Below, in pieces: positions 28,933 through 38,756 of a stretch of 64,000 nucleotides of DNA (position 1 is the first letter of the stretch; each line of letters opens with the position of its first letter). A program made the position numbers and the translations under genes. A model generated the notes under the pieces. That model made no database searches and had not been told where the DNA came from. It worked only from the letters and a program-made list of their open reading frames with translations. Source of the DNA: an uncultured Halobacteriales archaeon (GTDB lineage: Archaea; Halobacteriota; Halobacteria; Halobacteriales; SKSH01); NCBI GenBank assembly GCA_964502835.1, contig CAZCYF010000002.1:41478-105477 (forward strand), written 5' to 3'.

Positions 28933-30978
28933 TTACTCCGGTGCCGGCACGCCGTCATCGACCTCGCCGGCCAGGTCGTGTTCCTGGCGCAACGCTCGTA
29001 TCCGGTCGCGGATGTCCGCTGCCAGCTCGAACTCGAGGTCGGCGGCCGCCTCGTGCATCCGGTCGGTCAGCTCCTCGACGAGCGCCCGGGCAGCTTCGGC
29101 GTCGGCCGGATCGGTCGTGCTCACGCGTCCCTCGCCCGTATCGCTCCCCGGCAGGGCCGGCTCCTCGATCGGTTTGTCGATCGTGGTCGGTTCGGCGTCG
29201 TGGCGCTCGTTGTACGCCCGTTGGATCCGACGGCGGCGCTTGGTTTCGGCGATCGCCCGTTGCATCGCGTCGGACGGTTCGTCCGCGTAGAGGACAACCT
29301 CACCGCTCACGTTGCGGGCAGCCCGGCCCATCGTCTGCACCAGCATCGTCTCCGAGCGGAGAAAGCCCTCCTGGTCGGCATCCAGGATGGCCACGAGGCT
29401 CACCTCGGGGATGTCGAGTCCCTCGCGGAGCAGGTTGATGCCGACGAGCACGTCGATCTCGCCGAGACGGAGCGACCGGACCAGCTCGTGGCGCTCGAGG
29501 GTGTCGGTCTCGTCGTGCATGTAGGCCACGGCGTATCCAGCCTCATCCAGGAACTCGCTGAGATCCTCGGCCATGCGCTTGGTCAGCGTCGTCACGAGCA
29601 CCCGCTCGTCGCGCTCGACGCGCACGTCGATGCGGTCGACGAGGTCGTCGACCTGGCCATCCACGTCCGCGATGGTGATCTCCGGATCGACCAGATACGT
29701 GGGTCGGACGATCTGTTCGACGACCTGTCCGGAGCGGTCGCGTTCGTATTCGGCCGGCGTCGCCGAGACGTACAGCGCGCGGTCGACGCGCGCCTCGAAC
29801 TCCTCGAACGTCAGCGGGCGGTTGTCGTAGGCGGTGGGCAGCCGAAAGCCGTTGTCGACCAGCGACTCCTTGCGGGATCGATCGCCCTCGTACTGGCCCC
29901 GAATTTGCGGGAGCGTCTGGTGGGATTCATCCACCACGGTCAGGAACGCATCCGGGAAGTAATCCATGAGCGTGTATGGCGCCTCCCCCGGTTCGCGGTC
30001 GGAGAGGTAGACGCTGTAGTTCTCGACACCCTTGACCGTCCCCGTTTCACGGAGCATCTCGATGTCGAACGTGGTGCGCTCCTCGATGCGTTGGGCCGCG
30101 ATCATGTCGCCCTGGCGTTCGAAGTGTCTGATGCGGTCCTCGAGGTCAGCCTCGATCGCCTCGATGGCCCGTTCGATGCGCTCGCCGGGGCTGGCGTAGT
30201 GTTCCGCCGGGTGGAACAACACCGCCGGCTCCTCGCTTTTGAGCTCGCCCTCGAGGGGGTCCAGTTTGGCGAGGCGCTCGATCTCGTCACCCCAGAACTC
30301 GACGCGCACCGCATAGCGGCCGTACATCGGAAAAACCTCGACGGTGTCGCCGCGCACCCGAAAGGTCCCGTGGTGGAAGTCCACGTCGTTGCGCTCGTAG
30401 TTGAGATCGACGAGGGCCTCCAGCAGTTCGTCCCGGGGCCACCGGTCGCCGCGCTCGAGACGCAGCGCCATCTCCTCGTACGTGGTCGGGTCGCCCAGCC
30501 CGTAGATCGCCGAGACTGATGCCACAACGATCACGTCCTCGCGGGTCAGCAACGACCGCGTGGCCGAGTGGCGCAGCTTGTCGATTTCGTCGTTGATCGA
30601 GGCGTCCTTGTCGATGAACGTGTCCGTCTCCTCGACGTAGGCTTCGGGTTGGTAATAGTCGTAATACGAGACGAAGTACTCGACCGCGTTGTCCGGAAAC
30701 AGGTTCCGAAACTCCTCGTACAGCTGGGCAGCGAGCGTCTTGTTGTGCGCGAGGACCAGTGTCGGCAACTGGAGTTCCTCGATCACCCACGAGACGGTGT
30801 TCGTCTTCCCGGAGCCCGTCACGCCGAGCAGGGTCTGGTGGTCCATCTCCGACCGATACCCATCCACGAGGTGCTCGATCGCCGCCGGCTGGTCGCCCGC
30901 CGGTTCGAACGGCGCCTCCACCCGAAAGGGGCGCTGGTCACCGGGGCGGTCCTCAGCGAGCGGGCTCGCGTTGCTCAC
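28933..30978 (-). CDS. uvrB: excinuclease ABC subunit B
   Basis: [12 protein letters not shown] helicase motifs and a C-terminal UVR domain ([15 protein letters not shown]). GTG start at 30978 is inferred from alignment to haloarchaeal UvrB N-termini (..[17 protein letters not shown]). The upstream track extension is junk. Confidence 0.9.
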   Translation of the reverse strand: MSNASPLAEDRPGDQRPFRVEAPFEPAGDQPAAIEHLVDGYRSEMDHQTLLGVTGSGKTNTVSWVIEELQLPTLVLAHNKTLAAQLYEEFRNLFPDNAVEYFVSYYDYYQPEAYVEETDTFIDKDASINDEIDKLRHSATRSLLTREDVIVVASVSAIYGLGDPTTYEEMALRLERGDRWPRDELLEALVDLNYERNDVDFHHGTFRVRGDTVEVFPMYGRYAVRVEFWGDEIERLAKLDPLEGELKSEEPAVLFHPAEHYASPGERIERAIEAIEADLEDRIRHFERQGDMIAAQRIEERTTFDIEMLRETGTVKGVENYSVYLSDREPGEAPYTLMDYFPDAFLTVVDESHQTLPQIRGQYEGDRSRKESLVDNGFRLPTAYDNRPLTFEEFEARVDRALYVSATPAEYERDRSGQVVEQIVRPTYLVDPEITIADVDGQVDDLVDRIDVRVERDERVLVTTLTKRMAEDLSEFLDEAGYAVAYMHDETDTLERHELVRSLRLGEIDVLVGINLLREGLDIPEVSLVAILDADQEGFLRSETMLVQTMGRAARNVSGEVVLYADEPSDAMQRAIAETKRRRRIQRAYNERHDAEPTTIDKPIEEPALPGSDTGEGRVSTTDPADAEAARALVEELTDRMHEAAADLEFELAADIRDRIRALRQEHDLAGEVDDGVPAPE

Positions 30979-31157
30979 GTCATCGTCTACGTGCCGACGC
31001 ACTTCACCGTCGCGGTCGCCACCGACCGCTTCGGACCGGCGCACCACCGGTGGCCGCCGGGGATCCGGCTCGCGAGAGGGTGGTGTCTCGGCCGGATGAA
31101 TCGCCGCGACGGTCGAGGATGGAAAGCCGTGGCACCAGCGCACGGTCGGCCGATACC

Positions 31158-32960
31158 TCAGACGTGCTCGTCCAGGAAATCCGCGATCGCCGTGTACGCC
31201 TCGACCCGATTCTCGAGCTTGGTGAACCCATGGCCCTCGTCCTCGAAGAGCAGTTTTCGGACCGGCACACCTTGCGCCCTGGCCGCCGCGGCGATCTGGT
31301 CGGCCTCCCCCACGGGCACGCGAGGGTCGTTGGCGCCGTGAAGGACGAACAGCGGCGCTTCGATGGCCTCGATCGTGTTCGTGGGGCTGATCGATTCGAG
31401 AAACGCCCGATCGTCCTCCAGGCTGCCGTACTCCGCCTCGCGGAGGGATCGGCGCCACTCACCAGTGTTCTCGAGAAAGGTCACGAAGTTGGCGATACCG
31501 ACGATGTCGATCCCGGCGGCCCATCGATCCGGGTAGGCCGTCAACGCCGCGAGCACCATGAAGCCGCCGTAGGAGCCGCCCATCGCGGCGATCCGGTCGG
31601 CATCGATCGCGTCATGCGCGGCGAGCCAGTCGTGGCCCGCGGCCACGTCCGCAACCGCGTCCATTCGGTGCTCCACGTCATCCAAGTGCGTATACGCCCG
31701 ACCGTAGCCGGCCGACCCGCGCACGTTCGGCTCGAAGATCGCATAGCCACGCTCCAGAAGGTACTGCTGGACGGCCATGAAGGTGGGTCGGCGTTGGCTC
31801 TCGGGTCCACCGTGAACGTCGACGATCGCCGGTACCCCCTCGGCATTCTCGGCGTCGGGCACCGTGAACAGGGCCGGGATCTCACGGCCGTCGAAGGTCT
31901 CAAAGCGAATCAGGTCCGGCTCACGAAAGCTGTCCCGGGGAATACCCGCCGTCGATGCCGCCGTGTACCGGCGTGTCTCACCCGTCTCGACCTCGACCAC
32001 GTAGACGTTCGGGTTCATGGTGCGACTCTGTGCGGTGACCGCAAACCGCTCGCCGCCGGGGAAGAAGTCGACGCCACCAGCCACTCCGTTGGGAAGGTCC
32101 GGGCCCGGATGATCACGCAACGTGCCGTCATCACCGATGGTCGTCACGGTCAACTCGGTGTACCCCTCGACGTTTCGCGAGTAGACCAACCGGCGGTTGT
32201 CCTCGTCGACGGCGACCCCGTCCACGTTCCACTCGCCGCCGGCTCGCACCGTCTCCATCGTGTCGTCGTCCAGGTCCAGCCGAGCCAGCCACAGCGTGTC
32301 AGCACCCTCGTCCGTGACAAGGTAGAGACCGTCACCGGCTGGCGACCACTCCGGGCTCACATAGCGGGTTTCCTCCGGGTGATGGGTGACCCGTCGCAGC
32401 CCACCCGACGCGACGTCGAGGACGTGGAGCTCGTGGTCGAAGCTCGAGCCGGCCTCGTGAACGAGGAGTCGGTCGCCGTCGGGACTCCATCCCGCGACCG
32501 AGAGCCAGCCGTCACCGTCGTGAATCAGCTCGGCCGCCGACCCAGTCGCGTCACGTCCCTGGACGTACACGTCGAACACGGCCGTGTCACGGCGATTTGA
32601 CGTGAAGGCGAATCGGTTACCCTCGGGGCTCCACCCACCCCACCGATGCTTTGCGGATGGAGTTGCCGTCAGCGATACGATCCGTCCGGAATCGACGTCG
32701 AGGCGGAACAGCTGGACCCGCTCGTTGCCGCCCTCGTCCATCCCGAAGACGATCTCGGGCCGACGTGGCGACCACGAGGCGAAGGTGACCCGTTCGTCGA
32801 AGAAGGTTCGCTGGGTCGGCCACGCACCCGGGGCGTCGACCGTCCACAGCTGTGGGACCCCCGTCGTATCCATGAGGAACGCGAGCCGTTCTCCCTCGGG
32901 GCCGACGCTTGCGCCATACGCACGTCGGATGTTGAGGTAGCGTTCGATCGGATGGGCCAT
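31158..32960 (-). CDS. S9 family serine peptidase (prolyl oligopeptidase / acylaminoacyl-peptidase type)
   Basis: N-terminal beta-propeller repeats (WSPDG-like), then an alpha/beta hydrolase domain with GGSYGG nucleophile elbow and a later HG motif. Confidence 0.85.
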   Translation of the reverse strand: MAHPIERYLNIRRAYGASVGPEGERLAFLMDTTGVPQLWTVDAPGAWPTQRTFFDERVTFASWSPRRPEIVFGMDEGGNERVQLFRLDVDSGRIVSLTATPSAKHRWGGWSPEGNRFAFTSNRRDTAVFDVYVQGRDATGSAAELIHDGDGWLSVAGWSPDGDRLLVHEAGSSFDHELHVLDVASGGLRRVTHHPEETRYVSPEWSPAGDGLYLVTDEGADTLWLARLDLDDDTMETVRAGGEWNVDGVAVDEDNRRLVYSRNVEGYTELTVTTIGDDGTLRDHPGPDLPNGVAGGVDFFPGGERFAVTAQSRTMNPNVYVVEVETGETRRYTAASTAGIPRDSFREPDLIRFETFDGREIPALFTVPDAENAEGVPAIVDVHGGPESQRRPTFMAVQQYLLERGYAIFEPNVRGSAGYGRAYTHLDDVEHRMDAVADVAAGHDWLAAHDAIDADRIAAMGGSYGGFMVLAALTAYPDRWAAGIDIVGIANFVTFLENTGEWRRSLREAEYGSLEDDRAFLESISPTNTIEAIEAPLFVLHGANDPRVPVGEADQIAAAARAQGVPVRKLLFEDEGHGFTKLENRVEAYTAIADFLDEHV

Positions 32961-33135
32961 GGTCAGGCCATTCGCCACCACGCTAAATCGGTTCGGACTG
33001 TCGACGTCCGCACTCCCGGCTGCGGAGACCGGCGGGTCGTGCGCCTTGATCAATCTGGACGAGCCAACGGCGACGGGTATCCCACCGAGCGGCGACGAAC
33101 GACTCGATGACCGAGATCGAACGGAGAACGGGACG

Positions 33136-33210
33136 TGGGTTTGGGCAGATTTGAACTGCCGATCTCCTCCATGTCAAGGAGGTGTCCTAACCAGACTAGA
33201 CCACAAACCC
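33136..33210 (-). tRNA. tRNA-Val(GAC)
   Basis: Hand fold: acceptor GGGTTTG/CAAACCC, D stem GTCT/GGAC, anticodon stem CCTCC/GGAGG, loop TTGACAT, T arm GGCAG-TTCAAAT-CTGCC, discriminator A. Confidence 0.9.
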
Positions 33211-33223
33211 TGGTGCGGCACTC

Positions 33224-33556
33224 TCACGGTCGGTCCGGATCGGATTTGAACGTTTCGGGACCTGCCGGATCGGTCGTCGACAGCGAGTTGCCGGCCGCCA
33301 TGTCGGAGTGCAACCGGCTGTCGGTCCACCGCCGTTCGTGTGCCACGATGATTGGAGCGAGGTCGCCGAAGACGATGCCGAGGGCCAGATGCCCCACGAA
33401 GCGCATCCAGCACCGGGTGAGAACGGGACGATCGCCCCGAAGACGCGGTGCCGGCGATGATACCGACAGCGGTGCCAGCGGCCCACCGTCGCGGATCGAT
33501 TCCACGGTCGGCTCGCCCCAACGGTGAGTGGCCTCTGGGTGCACGCCAGAGTCCAC
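33224..33556 (-). CDS. hypothetical protein (weak call)
   Basis: Only frame in this gap without off-frame Arg/Pro bias, and mostly G/C at third positions. GTG at 33556 sits ~23 nt from a minus-strand TATA (TTATAC = plus 33576-33581). One hydrophobic helix (FVGHLALGIVFGDLAPIIVA). No recognisable family. Confidence 0.25.
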   Translation of the reverse strand: MDSGVHPEATHRWGEPTVESIRDGGPLAPLSVSSPAPRLRGDRPVLTRCWMRFVGHLALGIVFGDLAPIIVAHERRWTDSRLHSDMAAGNSLSTTDPAGPETFKSDPDRP

Positions 33557-33570
33557 CGACCGTGTCCCCG

Positions 33571-33600
33571 TGTTTGTATAAGAATGATGACTATAAGGGT
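33571..33600. promoter_or_regulatory. AT-rich divergent promoter block with two TATA-like elements
   Basis: TGTTTGTATAAGAATGATGACTATAAGGGT. TTATAC serves the minus strand and CTATAA the plus strand. It is the only AT-rich element upstream of nrdJ. Confidence 0.4.
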
Positions 33601-33922
33601 GGCCGAATGATGCTCCGGTCCCGTTTCCCCCTGCAGCTCGAATCACCATTACTTTCGGCGGGACCAGCCGGTGAAATCCTCGCCGTTCCCGTCCCGGTCC
33701 GACGGTGGCACCGCGTGACGGGCGACATCACTTTCACTGCGGATGATGTACCATTAAGCCCCTGCCAACCATTCGCCGTCTCAGCCACCGTCGGGGCCCT
33801 TTGGGGCATCGCGCGGGTATCGGACGCGACAACGCAACAGCCGTGAGGGCCGGGCTTTCGCGGTCCGATGGGGTGCGAGCCGAAGGTGCCGCCGACGCGC
33901 GACCAACCACGAGCATGCAACC

Positions 33923-36900
33923 ATGAGTGACGCCAACCCAACCGCCGACGACACCACCTTGCCGATCAAGCGCACGACGGGAGACACCCTCGAGGAGCGC
34001 CTGAGTGCCAACGCCTATCACAACATCCTGCCGGCCAGATACCTGCAAAAGGACGCCGATGGCACCCACGTCGAGGACCAGGAGGAGCTGTTCGACCGGG
34101 TGGCGAAGAACGTCGCGCTCGCCGAGGCCGTCTACGAGGCGCGTCGCCGCGGAATCGAGGTGACCGTGACGCCCGACCAGCTCAAGCCGAATCACCCGCG
34201 TCGCGACGAGCTGGCCGCCGAGGTCTTCGGACCGGGCACGAGCACTGATGACGACGTCGAGACGGCGCTGACGGAGGCCAACGTCAACAAGTTCGCCTAC
34301 GACACCGTCGTCCCGGAGCTGCCGACGGCGGTGCGTGACCACGTTACGTCGGTTGCAAACGAGTTCCAACAGCTGATGGAGGACCTTTCGTTTATCCCCA
34401 ATTCACCGACCCTTATGAACGCTGGTGGAGAATTACAGCAACTCAGTGCGTGTTTCGTTATGTCGCCTGACGATGATATCTCCGATATTCACGAAACCGC
34501 CAAGAAAGCGGCCGAAGTCTTTCAGAGTGGCGGCGGCGTCGGATATGGATTCTGGAAATTACGGCCATATGGTGATTCTGTCGGTTCGACAGGTGGGATC
34601 GCTTCCGGACCGATTACATTTATGCGCACCTATGATCAGCTCTGCGAAACGATCGCCCAAGGCGGCACCCGACGGGGCGCCCAGATGGCGATCATGCGTG
34701 TCTCCCACCCGGACGTCATCGAGTTCATCCACGCGAAGAACAAGGACGTCTCGCTGGCACACTCGCTGAAGCTCAACGACCCCGACGACCCGAAGTACAC
34801 GAGCTTCTCCGAGGCGCTCGACGAGGCGCGCGAGCTCATTGACGAGGAGGGTCGCGTCCCCGAGCACCTTCGCAACGCCGTCGAGGGCCACCTCTCGAAC
34901 TTCAACATCTCCGTCGGCGTCACCGACGGCTTCATGGAAGCACTCGAACGCGGCGAGAACTACACGTTCACGAACCCTCGAACCGGCGAGGCCCACGTCG
35001 CCACGCCAGAGACGAAGGAGATGTACTCCCGGTACGGCCTCGGCGAGCACGTCACCGTCGGCGAGGCGCTCTCCCTGCCCGCCGAGCTCATCTGGGAGCG
35101 CATCATCGAGGGCGCCCACGAGAACGGCGAACCCGGCGTAGTCTTTCTCGAGCGGGTCAACAAGGAGCACTCCTTCGACGTCGAGGAGCATCCGGATCAC
35201 CGGATTTTGGCGACGAATCCGTGCGTGACTGGGGACACGCTCATCAGTACCGATCGGGGCCTCATTCCTGCTGAAGACCTCTACAAACAGGGTGTTGCCA
35301 CTGACGTGGTCGTGGACGGACGGCTCAGCAATGACTCGATCAAAGAGGCTAGCAGCGTCTACAAAACCGGCGAGAAAGATGTCTACAAACTCAAGACGGA
35401 AGAAGGATACGAGCTTCGACTTACCGCGGACCATCGCGTCATGACCGACGACGGCTGGGTCGAGGCACAGGACCTTGAGGCCGACGACACCGTCCACATC
35501 CTCAACCGAAAAGGCGGATTCGGACAGCACGGAACTGCCGAAGAAGGTCGGGTACTCGGATGGCTCGTCGGCGACGGCCATCTCAAGCACGGCGAAGAAC
35601 GCGCCGTCTTGAACTTTTACGACGATGACGCCGAAATCTCCGAGGCACTCGCCGAAGACGTCAACGAGATCGTTCGCGAACCACTCGGTAACGGGAACTA
35701 CAAGATCGGCGTCAGCGAGATCGGTCGAGACGATGCCTACCGCGGTACACTGGCGATAGAACAACGAATTCGATCGACACGTCTGTACGAATACGCCGAA
35801 GAAGTCGGGCTCGCAGAGAACAAACTGCAGGTACCCAATGCGGTGATGCGGGGTAGTGAGGAAATAGCCCGGGGTTTCCTGCAGGCGCTGTTCACCGCTG
35901 ACGGATGCGTTCAAGGTAGCGTCGAAAAGGGCATTTCGGTCCGACTCTCGAGTTCCGAACTCTCCCTGATAAAAGACGTTCAGAAGTTGCTGCTCAACTT
36001 CGGTATTGCGAGCAAGATCTATCACAACCGCCGTGAGGCGGGGAAGCGAGAACTGCCGGACGGCAATGGTGGGACAAAATCGTACGAGACGAAACCCCAG
36101 CACGACCTCGCGGTTACGAGTAGCCACGTCGTCACTTTCGAGGAAGAAATCGGGTTTATTCTCGAACGCAAAAACGAAGAACTCGCGGCGAAGCTCGATG
36201 AATACAACCGTGGTCCGTATCTCGGCCGCTTCGAAGCGACCGTCGAGTCAGTCGAAGAAGACGGTCACGAGGACGTCTTCGACCTGACCGAACCGGACAC
36301 GCACTCGTTCATCGCGAACGGATTAGTCGTCCACAACTGCGGCGAGCAACCGTTAGAGGAGTACGAAGCCTGCAACCTCGGCCACATCAACCTCTCCACC
36401 ATCGCCGCCGAAGAGGCCCCCGACTGGCGCGTCTGGAGCGAACGTCACGGTGATGCGTATCCATCGCAGGAGGCGGCCATCGAGGCGTTCCTCGAGGAGT
36501 CGATCAACTGGGAGGACTTCGACGATCGCATCGAACTGTCCACGCGCTTCCTCGAGAACGTCGTCACGATGTCGGACTTCCCGGTCGAGGAGATCGAGGA
36601 GACCGTCCGCGAGATGCGCAAGATCGGCCTCGGCATCATGGGCCTCGCCCAGCTGTACATCCAGCTCGGGATGAAATACGGGAGCGACGCCTCCAACGAG
36701 GTCGCCCGTCAGCTGATGGTCCACATCAACCACGGATCGAAGTGGGCCTCCCACGAGCTCGCCGAGGAGCGCGGTACGTTCGACGACTGGGCCGACTCGA
36801 AGTACGCCGACCCCGTCCGGTACCGCGCGTGGTTCGAGCACCAGACGGGCCTCGACGCGGACGAGTGGGCCGACGGCTTTCCGATCAGGAACCACAATAC

Positions 36901-38143
36901 GACGACCATCGCGCCGACCGGGACGACCGGCATGGTCGGGAATACGACCGGTGGCTGCGAACCAATCTACAACGTCGCCTACTACAAGAACGTCTCCGAC
37001 GACGTCCAAGGCGAGGAGATGCTCGTGGAGTTCGACGACTACTTCCTGCGGGTGCTGGAGGCCAACGACATCGACGTCGAGGCCGTCCAGGCCGAGGCCG
37101 TCGAGCAGATGCAAGACAACGCGTTCGCCGGCATCGATGGGCTGGAGACGGTGCCCGATGCCATCGGCGAGTTGTTCGTGACGACCTCCGACCTGGGCGC
37201 GCTCGAGCACGCCGCGGTGCAGACCGCCTGTCAGGAGGGCGTCGACTCGGCCATTTCGAAGACCGTCAACGCCCCCAACGACGCGACGATCGACGACACT
37301 CGCGAGGCCTTCGAGTTCGTCTACGACCACGGCGGTAAGGGCGTCACCTACTACCGCGACGGCACCCGCTCGAAGCAGGTCCTGACCACGCGCGCGGACA
37401 ACGCCGACTTCGCGGCCATGGATGAGGAGGTCGCCGCCGAGACGCTCGTCGAGGCGATCGAGGACGTCTTCGGCGGCCTCGAGGGCTTCCTCGAGGAGGC
37501 GTCCGTCCGGGAGGCCCTCGGGGACGAGCTCGCGGCGATCGCCGGCCGTCCGCTGGGCGAACGCGGCTACGTCCAGAAGAAACCCCGCCCCGACCAGCTC
37601 ACCGGGGTCACACAGCGCATCGAGACCGGGTATGGCAAGCTCTACGTGACGATCAACGAGGACCCCGAGACGGGTGAGCCGTTCGAGCTGTTCGCCAACA
37701 CCGGCCACAGCGGCGGCTTCACGAACGCCTTCACCGACGCGCTCGCGAAGACGATCTCGATCGCGCTGCGCTCGCAGGTCGACCCCTACGAGATCGTCGA
37801 CAAGCTCCAGGGCATCCGCTCGCCGAAGGTCGCGTGGGACAAGGGCGAACAGATCAATTCGATCCCGGACGCCTTCGGGACGGCACTGCGGCGCTACCTC
37901 GACGACGAGATCGATCTGGCCTATCCCCAACAGCGCCAGCTCCACGAGCTCGAGCGCGTCGAGGAGGAGGCGATGGCCGGCGAAACGGAACCGGACGGCG
38001 GCACCGCGACGGTGACCCGCGATGACAGCGCCGAACTCATCGCTGCCGGGGAGAGCCCGGAGTGTCCCGAGTGTGGCTCGGCGACGCTGTATTACGCGGA
38101 GGGCTGCAAGACCTGTGACAGCTGTGGCTGGTCGGAGTGCTGA
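33923..38143 (+). CDS. nrdJ: class II (adenosylcobalamin-dependent) ribonucleotide reductase, intein-containing
   Basis: 1406-aa ORF. The catalytic TNP/CGEQPL motif is split by an intein. Other conserved extein blocks are present (NSPTLMNAG, SACFV, GGGVGYGF). C-terminal tail has CPECG...CKTCDSCG. Confidence 0.9.
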   Translation: MSDANPTADDTTLPIKRTTGDTLEERLSANAYHNILPARYLQKDADGTHVEDQEELFDRVAKNVALAEAVYEARRRGIEVTVTPDQLKPNHPRRDELAAEVFGPGTSTDDDVETALTEANVNKFAYDTVVPELPTAVRDHVTSVANEFQQLMEDLSFIPNSPTLMNAGGELQQLSACFVMSPDDDISDIHETAKKAAEVFQSGGGVGYGFWKLRPYGDSVGSTGGIASGPITFMRTYDQLCETIAQGGTRRGAQMAIMRVSHPDVIEFIHAKNKDVSLAHSLKLNDPDDPKYTSFSEALDEARELIDEEGRVPEHLRNAVEGHLSNFNISVGVTDGFMEALERGENYTFTNPRTGEAHVATPETKEMYSRYGLGEHVTVGEALSLPAELIWERIIEGAHENGEPGVVFLERVNKEHSFDVEEHPDHRILATNPCVTGDTLISTDRGLIPAEDLYKQGVATDVVVDGRLSNDSIKEASSVYKTGEKDVYKLKTEEGYELRLTADHRVMTDDGWVEAQDLEADDTVHILNRKGGFGQHGTAEEGRVLGWLVGDGHLKHGEERAVLNFYDDDAEISEALAEDVNEIVREPLGNGNYKIGVSEIGRDDAYRGTLAIEQRIRSTRLYEYAEEVGLAENKLQVPNAVMRGSEEIARGFLQALFTADGCVQGSVEKGISVRLSSSELSLIKDVQKLLLNFGIASKIYHNRREAGKRELPDGNGGTKSYETKPQHDLAVTSSHVVTFEEEIGFILERKNEELAAKLDEYNRGPYLGRFEATVESVEEDGHEDVFDLTEPDTHSFIANGLVVHNCGEQPLEEYEACNLGHINLSTIAAEEAPDWRVWSERHGDAYPSQEAAIEAFLEESINWEDFDDRIELSTRFLENVVTMSDFPVEEIEETVREMRKIGLGIMGLAQLYIQLGMKYGSDASNEVARQLMVHINHGSKWASHELAEERGTFDDWADSKYADPVRYRAWFEHQTGLDADEWADGFPIRNHNTTTIAPTGTTGMVGNTTGGCEPIYNVAYYKNVSDDVQGEEMLVEFDDYFLRVLEANDIDVEAVQAEAVEQMQDNAFAGIDGLETVPDAIGELFVTTSDLGALEHAAVQTACQEGVDSAISKTVNAPNDATIDDTREAFEFVYDHGGKGVTYYRDGTRSKQVLTTRADNADFAAMDEEVAAETLVEAIEDVFGGLEGFLEEASVREALGDELAAIAGRPLGERGYVQKKPRPDQLTGVTQRIETGYGKLYVTINEDPETGEPFELFANTGHSGGFTNAFTDALAKTISIALRSQVDPYEIVDKLQGIRSPKVAWDKGEQINSIPDAFGTALRRYLDDEIDLAYPQQRQLHELERVEEEAMAGETEPDGGTATVTRDDSAELIAAGESPECPECGSATLYYAEGCKTCDSCGWSEC
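35222..36337 (+). mobile_element. intein with LAGLIDADG homing endonuclease domain inside nrdJ
   Basis: 372 codons. Block A CVTGDTLIS, block B LTADHRVMT, LAGLIDADG motifs LGWLVGDGHL and FLQALFTADGCV, terminal VVHN followed by +1 Cys (CGEQPL). More A/T-ending codons than the host gene. Confidence 0.85.
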
Positions 38144-38252
38144 GCGGGGCCCGCGATGCCCGCGGTGTGAGCGACGGCTGTACGAGCGCCACTGCAAGTA
38201 TGTCTGTCCGGTGCATGGCGTCTGTTTCGACTGTTCGGACCCGTTTTGGTGA
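38124..38252 (+). CDS. possible small zinc-ribbon protein (weak call)
   Basis: This frame fills the whole nrdJ-to-next-gene spacer and ends 6 nt before ATG 38259. It encodes ..CPRCERRLYERHCKYVCPVHGVCFDCSDPFW (CxxC...CxxC plus extra C/H). The only candidate start after the in-frame ATG at 38022 (deep inside nrdJ) is GTG 38124, which overlaps the nrdJ end. Confidence 0.3.
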   Translation: MAGRSAERGPRCPRCERRLYERHCKYVCPVHGVCFDCSDPFW

Positions 38253-38258
38253 CCGACG

Positions 38259-38618
38259 ATGGACGAAGACGCCCTCGAGGAGGCTCTTGCCGTCCTCGAG
38301 GCGATCGCGCCCCACGAGCCAAGCGTCGCCGACGCCGTCGACGCCCTCGAGGCCGTCGTCGACGAGCCGGCCGCCATCCGAACGGCGCTTGAACACGCCG
38401 AGGACGAGGGGATCATCGAACGCGAGAACCGTCGTCTTCAGGCACCCCGCGGGGCCGTGAACCGAGACCGGCGGGGGGCCATCGTGACGAAGGACGGTGA
38501 GTTTTCCTGTCGGCGGTGTGGTCGCTCCCTGTCGACGGGGTTTTTCCTGCGGATCGACGGTACGGAGGTGGGTCCGTACGGTTCCACGTGTATCGAGAAG
38601 GTGACCGGGCGGGCGTGA
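38259..38618 (+). CDS. conserved hypothetical acidic protein with C-terminal Cys cluster
   Basis: 119 aa, MDEDALEEALAVLEAI...FSCRRCGRSL...GSTCIEKV. Good third-position G/C bias. Confidence 0.6.
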   Translation: MDEDALEEALAVLEAIAPHEPSVADAVDALEAVVDEPAAIRTALEHAEDEGIIERENRRLQAPRGAVNRDRRGAIVTKDGEFSCRRCGRSLSTGFFLRIDGTEVGPYGSTCIEKVTGRA

Positions 38619-38756
38619 CCATGCCATCGGACGTACCTGCATGGCCGATCCCGCCAGGCCGGCTGTTCCCGGTGGGCGGCCGTGCAGGTCGTCCTCGCCC
38701 GGCGGGGGATGGGTAAGTATATTCGAAGTCGGGAGCGAGGTTAGCTATCTCTCAGT

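Noticed and set aside
33657-33795. Adenosylcobalamin riboswitch in the nrdJ leader, suggested by GGTGAAATCC (33669-33678), AAGCCCCTGCC (33766-33776) and GCCACCG (33784-33790), which resemble pieces of the B12 element.
   Set aside because: The matches are short and imperfect. The full B12 box (AG.C.GGA.GACC.GCC) and the CCCGC.ACTGT core are missing. The GCCAC.G-like string comes after the B12-box-like string rather than before it. Repressing a B12-dependent RNR with B12 would also be functionally odd. Only an Infernal search with RF00174 and its variants could revive the idea.
101-38416. Very long ORFs antisense to or overlapping real genes, e.g. 101..1117, 1144..2139, 5137..6732, 8515..9882, 22453..23748, 28918..30519, 30759..32600, 34559..36127, 36353..38416. 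The same applies later to 53457..54557 and 58894..59547.
   Set aside because: These are typical stop-codon-poor shadow frames of ~67% GC DNA. Their translations are Arg/Pro/Gly/Ala-rich and basic with no motifs. In every case another frame encodes a recognisable acidic protein.
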